Of a DNA stretch of 64,000 nt, positions 58,174 to 64,000 are shown in pieces. Each line of letters starts with the position of its first letter. Position 1 is the first letter of the stretch. Location: positions 11,569 through 75,568 of the forward strand of contig SKQO01000020.1 of assembly GCA_007118975.1 (NCBI GenBank). Direction: 5' to 3'. Source of the stretch: Halobacteriales archaeon. GTDB lineage: Archaea; Halobacteriota; Halobacteria; Halobacteriales; SKNY01. Below the pieces are notes generated by a model, which ran no database searches, was not told the DNA's origin, and was given only the letters and a program-made list of their open reading frames with translations. The position numbers and the translations under genes are program-made.

Positions 58174-58666
58174 TCAATCCCTCAATTACCAGAATCGGGT
58201 GTCTCACTGCTTTAACTTACCCAAAAATTCTCCACCCCCTCAAAACTGGTAATGAGACGTTGTTTTGTGTTGGTAACTCATTCTAAAGATGAAGTCCTAC
58301 TGGATCCGTTCGATATGCTGAACGCGATGCACAAAAATCATGAGTTGTGACAGCACGGCAATGGTTACTTCGCAGGTCGATCGATCGGCTGTTTCAGTGA
58401 AATCTTAGCTAAAGGGAAAGTAGACGATTGGTGTTTCGTTTGAGTCGGTCAGCCACGTAGTAACAGATAACAAATAGTAGATTTCGGAATTGAGCTGTTG
58501 GATGGGCGAATGCATCATGCGTTGATCCAAAAACAGAGTCATGATCGTTAGCTCACTGCAGCGGATACAGGTTAATGAAAACTACAGGCGATGATTGAAC
58601 AGCGACGTACTGGTGGACAGGTCGTACAGAGATACAATTATCGTCTGTTTCCCAGTCGATGGATGT

Positions 58667-59323
58667 ATGAACGAGGACCAACCAGACGACACGAATGGTT
58701 CGCTCGTCGTTGGAACATTCCTTACCCTCGATGGCGTAATGCAGGCACCGGGTACTCCCGAAGAGGACCGTAACGGTGGCTTCGACCATGGGGGGTGGAT
58801 GGCCCAATATGGGGACGAGACGACGGGGGAGTATGTTGATCGTCAGTTCGCCGAGGCCGAGGCACTTCTGCTTGGCAGGAAGACGTACGAAATCTTCGCC
58901 TCATATTGGCCCCAAATCGATGCGGAGAACAATTTCTTGGCTTCGAAACTGAATAGCATGCCCAAGTACGTCGTCTCCAGAACCCTCGACGATGTAGAGT
59001 GGAACAACTCGACGCTTCTCTCTACTGACGTCGTAACGGCGGTTGAGGACCTCAAGAAGGAACGCAGGGATACAATCTTGGTGCAAGGGAGCGCGAACCT
59101 GATCCAAACGTTACTCGCATATGACCTCGTCGACGAGTTCCGGCTTTGGATCTTCCCGCTGGTCCTAGGCGAGGGGAAGCGCCTGTTCGGTAACGGAACC
59201 GTTCCTGCGAACCTCGAACTGACGGCCGCCGAAACGTCGAGCACCGGAGTCCAGATACTTCAATACGACCGAGCAGGGGAGATTGAGTACGGTACGGTCG
59301 GATCGGATGAAGGGGCGGCGTGA
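58667..59323 (+). CDS. dihydrofolate-reductase-like (RibD C-terminal domain) family protein
   Basis: It has 'TLDGVMQAPG...GGW', 'LLLGRKTYEIFASYWP', 'SRTL', 'ILVQGSANLIQTLL' and 'DEFRLWIFPLVLGEGKRLF'. Confidence 0.85.
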   Translation: MNEDQPDDTNGSLVVGTFLTLDGVMQAPGTPEEDRNGGFDHGGWMAQYGDETTGEYVDRQFAEAEALLLGRKTYEIFASYWPQIDAENNFLASKLNSMPKYVVSRTLDDVEWNNSTLLSTDVVTAVEDLKKERRDTILVQGSANLIQTLLAYDLVDEFRLWIFPLVLGEGKRLFGNGTVPANLELTAAETSSTGVQILQYDRAGEIEYGTVGSDEGAA

Positions 59324-59641
59324 GCAGCGGGATCTTCGCAGGATGAGTGTTAGTTTTTCCAGCAGGATTTCGGCGAAAGAGAAAATGCCGGCTTCATGCA
59401 TTCAACGTTTCCAATTTCCAATGAATTTGTGACAAAGTCCAGTAAGTAGATTTCGATCCTGAGGCATAGAAGAGGAATACACATCATCTAACCTCGGTGG
59501 AGACGTACTGCTCCCCGGAATATATTCATCTAAGGGGTTGATTCGAAATCTGTTGGGGATCCATCATATTACCAGCTCATGGAGCATTTGATCAACCGGA
59601 TGTAGAAATAAATCCTATTAGAGGATGATCTTCTTCGGATG

Positions 59642-60469
59642 CTATTGATAGGCTTCCACAACGTACGATTCGAAAGGGAAAATTACTCCGTCATCGTCGA
59701 TATATCCCTCGAGCTCGTCCCTGACTTCTTGGATGAGTTCGTCTCGAACCTCCTGCGATATGTCCCCGATTGGTTGCCCAAGTGGCGAGGTCGCTGCTTG
59801 TCTGGTGATGAAACCTTCCACAGAGGGAAAGCGCACCGAGCTGATATCGATCGTGATTGAAACGTTCTCGATTCCCGCTTCATATGCCATGCGCCGTAGC
59901 TCGTCTTGATCCCATGAGGGAAACGGCCCGTGCATCATTGCTCCCCACTTTTCACCAATGTGGCGTGATAATGATTCGGCAAGAATTTCCCACCCGGGCT
60001 GATATTCTAGCGGCCGCCCGACATTCAACAACACACGACCGTCAGCATCAACGACGCGGTGCATCTCCCTGAGTGCGAGTATTGGATCCTCGAAGAACGG
60101 GAGGCCCTGCTGACAGAGAACGATGTCAAATTGCTCCTCTGAGAATGATAGGTCGGCCGCGTCCGCCTCCATCCACTCGATCGGAAGTTGTTCTTCCGCT
60201 GCGATCTCCGTCGCCACCTCTAACATGCCCGCATCATCGTCAACGCCCACCACAAATCCTGTATCGCCAACGAGGGGTGTCGCCAGCCGCGCAACGATAC
60301 CTGTCCCGCAAGCGATATCGAGCACGTGGTCACCATCCTGAATGGTGGCTCGGTCGATGAGTCGCTCTGCCCACGGTGAGAAGATCACTGGCACAAATAA
60401 CTCCTCGTACGCTTCAGAGGAAGCCTGTGCGAACTGCCAGTCGGTTGATTGGTTTGTACTGTCACTCAT
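59642..60469 (-). CDS. class I SAM-dependent methyltransferase
   Basis: It has 'HVLDIACGTGIVARLA' and 'FDIVLCQQGLPFF'. The start was set at Met 60469. Confidence 0.85.
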   Translation of the reverse strand: MSDSTNQSTDWQFAQASSEAYEELFVPVIFSPWAERLIDRATIQDGDHVLDIACGTGIVARLATPLVGDTGFVVGVDDDAGMLEVATEIAAEEQLPIEWMEADAADLSFSEEQFDIVLCQQGLPFFEDPILALREMHRVVDADGRVLLNVGRPLEYQPGWEILAESLSRHIGEKWGAMMHGPFPSWDQDELRRMAYEAGIENVSITIDISSVRFPSVEGFITRQAATSPLGQPIGDISQEVRDELIQEVRDELEGYIDDDGVIFPFESYVVEAYQ

Positions 60470-60744
60470 GATCGATGGATCGCCCCATTGGTGCAAAAAC
60501 AATCTCCGTCACCCCTTGTTCCCAGCCAGCCACGAGTTTGAACGCAATGGCCGTCTGTGGGGTATTTTACTACACGTATCGCCTTCTCGCAGTGGAGGTC
60601 ATTCAGCGAAACAAGGAATTGCTGGTGGAACCCACCAAGTGATTTTCCGAGTGGCTGTTCAATTATGTCGTGTCGGGTACGAAACGTGGTGTGTATCATA
60701 ATGTCTTGAAGTTCATTGGATGCATAGTGTGTGGATGAATCTGG

Positions 60745-61065
60745 TTACTCGAAATCCTCGGGATTGAACTCGGACGCGAAGAAAAAATTGTGCTCGTCAA
60801 ACACCTCCTCGCGTAGTTGTTCCAGCTTGTCGGAATTGAAGCTTTCATCGTGCTGCCACGCACGAGCTGCCTCGGCTGTGGGAAATTCGGCGACGAAGGT
60901 GTGATTGTACTCCCACTCGCCCGCAATCGGGTCCGGATCAAACGTGACGACTACCGGTTTTGCATCGTACTTCGTCAGCGTTTCACCCCCGACCGGCAGA
61001 TACTCGTTTGTGTATCGGTCCATGTTTGCAATCTTGTTGGCCGAAATCAGGTATTCCTTGGTCAC
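60745..61065 (-). CDS. DUF1330 family protein
   Basis: It has 'AEFPTAEAARAWQHDESF' and an overall ~100-aa dimeric alpha/beta-barrel-like pattern. Confidence 0.75.
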   Translation of the reverse strand: MTKEYLISANKIANMDRYTNEYLPVGGETLTKYDAKPVVVTFDPDPIAGEWEYNHTFVAEFPTAEAARAWQHDESFNSDKLEQLREEVFDEHNFFFASEFNPEDFE

Positions 61066-61260
61066 GGGTTTTCCTCCAGTGGCTCCAGTGTGACTTTCAC
61101 TCCCGCCTTCACCGACGGTGAGATCCGACTGTGATCGAAATTTGCAGCGTCAATTTCGACAATTAATATCACTCTCACCACGTAACCAGCTACGCAGCAA
61201 CCAGCCGAATAAATTCCCCGTGAAAAGTTTCACACAGTGAAAAAGAGGTAAGAAGATTCA

Positions 61261-62097
61261 CTAGTTTGAGTCGAGCGAGATGAGATCATCAACGTCGTGG
61301 AATGGTTCAGCTTCAGCCCGTAACCGCACATAGTACGATTCAGCCCATTCGACTAACTCAGGCGAGCCCGTATCGATTGTGGCCTGTAAGGCCCCCGTTT
61401 CCCTGTCATAGCAACAGATACTTACGTGGTCATCAAAAAGACAGATTCCACACCGGTCGTCGAGCGGGAGATCATCATGAATCCAAACAGTGCAATTGCT
61501 ATGTCGTACGGCTTTCAGTACGGCATCTGGGTTCCATTCGAAAATTTGCTCAAATACCTCAGGTGGATAAACATAGTCACTACGCAGGTCATCAAGCGAC
61601 CGAGCAAAGAACACTTCTAGATTACTAGACTTCAGCATCACCATCCCGAAACCACGCATCAAACCAGCATCCTGCACGAGTTCCGTGATCCGTTCGACGG
61701 GCTGGTACGGATAGCCGGGCCCCGGACGCGAAACTGTGACATCAGAGAATAATTCGACACTGAAGTTCTCAAGTTCGTGTGGAAGCCACGGCCAGACCTC
61801 CCGCAGCGAGCGTTCGAGGTCCATGGCGTTACGGAACTCACCCAACCTGTTGGCCACGAACTCTCCCAAATCGGTTAGCCGATACGTTCGTCCCTCTTTG
61901 GTGATCCAGTGGCGGGTTTGGAGATCGGTTAGTACGCGGCCCATTGTTGGTGAGGATGCGCCTGTCAAGGTGCGTAGCTCGCGCCGGTCACACGGTGATT
62001 CGATCAGTGCATCAAGGACCCCGACGCGGTGTTGCGAACTTGAAAGAAATTCAATGTCCTCAAGTGTTGTGTCCATACGAATGGTACTCGATGACAC
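61261..62097 (-). CDS. HTH regulator with FilR1/DUF1724-type C-terminal domain
   Basis: The N-terminal wHTH reads 'LSSSQHRVGVLDALIESPCDRRELRTLTGASSPTMGRVLTDLQTRHWI'. The C-terminal ~180 aa resemble the methanogen FilR1 family. Confidence 0.7.
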   Translation of the reverse strand: MSSSTIRMDTTLEDIEFLSSSQHRVGVLDALIESPCDRRELRTLTGASSPTMGRVLTDLQTRHWITKEGRTYRLTDLGEFVANRLGEFRNAMDLERSLREVWPWLPHELENFSVELFSDVTVSRPGPGYPYQPVERITELVQDAGLMRGFGMVMLKSSNLEVFFARSLDDLRSDYVYPPEVFEQIFEWNPDAVLKAVRHSNCTVWIHDDLPLDDRCGICLFDDHVSICCYDRETGALQATIDTGSPELVEWAESYYVRLRAEAEPFHDVDDLISLDSN

Positions 62098-62386
62098 GCC
62101 ATAATCGTACGGGCGGGCATCTCACGACAGAATTCAACGGTCAGTAGGCAGATCTCTGAAACGTTCATTTCGCGCAATTTCGACGAACCATTTCAGTCGG
62201 TATGGTGTGGAGATCCTCTGAAGGCATCAGCTGTTTTCTGTTATATATTGATCAAATGGAAACCAATTTCATCCCTCCCGATTCTATAAATGCGATTATG
62301 TTAGCCGTTCTCGCATAAACTAGACGCCATCGCATACTTACCAGATCGGTCCAACATCTCACGGGTGACGATGTCAACCCCGAATC

Positions 62387-63730
62387 CTATTCAACTTCGA
62401 GCACCTGCGGATTGGCCTTTATCAGCTCGTGAATCCGCTTGCGTAACTCTCGATCGGTTGCATCGTCCGTAGCTGCGAGGTCGTCGACCACGGCTGATTC
62501 CGCTTCGAACTGCAAATCCCGGGCCTCAACCGTCGCTGGTTCCCCACAATTGCCACAGTATTGCTGATACGGCGGAACCACTTCTCGACCGTTCCCACAC
62601 CGCTCTCGTGTAGTAGTCGTTGCATCCGTCTCCGCAACGACACCGGCCTCGGCGAATATCTGCTCGTTCATGTCCTCGGCCGTCAGGTGGACGTAGCGCT
62701 CCCACATGCTCGTATCGAGATTCCAGGCGACGCGGTGCTGGATCTGTTGCTTGGTGTACCCCTCTCGATACATCCGCGAGATCGCGGCATGCCGGAAGCT
62801 GTGCGGGTTGACCGGCTTATCGATACCCGCATCCTCGGCAAGATTCTTGAGGATGCGACTGAGGGGCTGGGGCGTGATGGGACCGGTATCCTCCCCCAGC
62901 GTTTATCCCTGGACTTTGTGGAACACGGCGGCCTCCGGATTGTCCGGCTGGGGATGGGAGTGTCGAATGTAGTTTCGCAGGCTCGCCTTGCTGTCGATGA
63001 TGGGATAGGCGTGTTGCGGAGCGCCTTCGAGTCCGCTTGCGTTCGGGTTGGGCGTGTAGTAGGTGCGGTCACCGTCGAGATTGAGATCGGCGAGACGAAG
63101 CGAACCGACCATCGAGAGGCGAGCTGCGGTATCGGCCATGAACTCGACCAGGGCCGTGTCCCGCGGGCGGGTCGACGCCTTCAGCAGCGCCTCGATGCCC
63201 ACCGGCTTGAGGATGCCGTCCTCGCTGATCCGCGTCTTCACCGGGGCACCGACGGTGATATCATCTGCCCAATCACGGTCGAGATAGGTAAAGAAGATCC
63301 GGAGGGCTTTCCGGTGGTTTCGCATCGTATTGTCACTAAGTCCAGCATCTTGGATATCGGGATGGTCGCCGTGCGTGAACTGGAAGAAGAGATCCTAGAG
63401 GTCCTCGTGGCTCATCCGTGTCAGTGGCCTCTCTGCTCGCTTGGCCGTCAGTCGGATGCGCGTTAGATACTCGGCGAGTATGCTGACCTCGATATCGGTC
63501 TGGTCCTTGAGGAAGCGGTCGATCTGGTCGTGATCCGCTTGATCGATTCGGCCATCCTCGGTAAGTTCCTTGAGCTTGTCAGGGCGGTAGCGATCGTGGT
63601 GAGGTTTGGAAGGAAGAGAGATGATAATTCCGAGCGAGAGTTTGTCGAGGAAAATGGTTACGTCGGCGACGGAATTACCGCCGGGACGATTCTTGAATAC
63701 GATGACTGGCAGTGGGTGTTGGTCTCCGAA
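62387..63730 (-). pseudogene. tyrosine recombinase/integrase with in-frame stop codons and C-terminal zinc-ribbon tail
   Basis: One reading frame carries the whole gene. It has a SAM-like N-domain '...NTMRNHRKALRIFFTYL', a catalytic 'RLADL' and 'NPHSFRHAAISRMYREGY...WERYVH', then 'CGN...YCGNCG'. The frame is interrupted by TAG (63395-63397) and TAA (62903-62905). No start codon is visible downstream of the TAA at 63731-63733. Confidence 0.8.
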
Positions 63731-64000
63731 TTAGCTCTTGACCGTTACGATCCGAAAATCGGGTTCATACCACTTGACGAACTGGATGACGACATTATCC
63801 ACAGCTTGAATTGGCCTATGGATGCCGCCAGCGCCACGCCGCTGTTGAACATCTCAGAGATGGCGAGCACGAATATTGGACCGACGTTGACTACGTGCTC
63901 ACCGACAGTGTGTGGAGTGTTCTCGGTCCGATTCATCCCGAGTTCCGCGAATCAAACGATCGTTCGAGCTCGGATAGCGACCAGGAGGCGGGCCAATGAC

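Larger units (their letters stand above)
45116..63730. mobile_element. tRNA-Ala-adjacent lower-G+C genomic island (degenerate integrative element), right border undefined
   Basis: There is an abrupt change of composition and gene content at the tRNA 3' end. A tyrosine-recombinase pseudogene lies at the far end and several genes are disrupted. No direct repeat of the tRNA 3' end was found in the window. Confidence 0.6.

Noticed and set aside
62903-63397. In-frame TAG/TAA codons in the integrase (and other island ORFs) as programmed recoding, such as pyrrolysine or read-through.
   Set aside because: Pyrrolysine machinery is known from methanogens, not Halobacteria. No pyl genes or PYLIS-like context is visible, and both TAA and TAG are involved alongside frameshifts in neighbouring genes. 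Simple pseudogenisation is more parsimonious. Read-through cannot be excluded without data.
45116-64000. Search for a direct repeat of the tRNA-Ala 3' end (attR) inside the window.
   Set aside because: Only trivial 7-8-nt matches were seen by eye (for example 'caaatccc' near 50427). Nothing is long enough to call an att site. A computational search is needed.
1-64000. CRISPR arrays, rRNA genes, intact IS elements/transposases, and cas or classical defence genes (RM methylase/endonuclease pairs, Cas, Argonaute).
   Set aside because: I saw no regularly spaced repeats, no rRNA-like sequence, and no transposase or terminal-inverted-repeat structure. The only SAM methyltransferase (59642..60469) looks like a small-molecule/UbiE-type enzyme without a DNA-methylase motif or a partner endonuclease.
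63731-64000. ORFs at the window's right edge: 63745..63936 -, 63811..63999 +, and an open plus-strand frame running off the end.
   Set aside because: They are too short or truncated and mutually overlapping. I cannot tell which, if any, is real without the downstream sequence.

Overview
The window looks like a high-G+C haloarchaeal chromosome segment: acidic proteomes, an archaeal-type nuo operon without nuoEFG, Nop5/fibrillarin, S3Ae/S15 and halocyanin. Positions 1-45,000 are densely packed core genes. These include cysS, a malic enzyme, an FAD/Fe-S lactate/glycolate-type dehydrogenase, nop5-flpA, gshA, mutY, folD and a CBS-ParB/DHH pair. They also include nuoA-B-CD-H-I-J1-J2-K-L-M-N, purE-purK, ribH, an aminotransferase, ribL, a JAMM protease and two RecJ-like DHH proteins. 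The rest are an LTD-PLD/HEAT/CDP-alcohol-transferase cluster, halocyanin, rps3ae-pcc1-recJ-like-rps15, a PfkB kinase and a TIM-barrel isomerase. A tRNA-Ala(GGC) gene lies at 45044-45115. Directly 3' of it the sequence changes to lower G+C, short ORFs and long ORF-free stretches. That accessory block extends to at least ~63.7 kb, where a tyrosine-integrase gene carries in-frame stop codons. The block holds three co-directional orphan ORFs facing a Zn-finger/coiled-coil/PD-(D/E)xK-like nuclease gene that is frameshifted. It also holds a rhomboid-like protease, a 1.4-kb AT-rich ORF-free stretch with short repeats, and ribbon-helix-helix genes. The remainder is a dense set of ArsR-type regulators with SRPBCC, GFA, VOC, DUF1428, RibD_C, DUF1330 and methyltransferase genes, several visibly decayed. 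No CRISPR array, rRNA or intact IS element was seen. All functional calls rest on motif and family recognition by eye from the supplied translations. No database search or RNA folding was possible.
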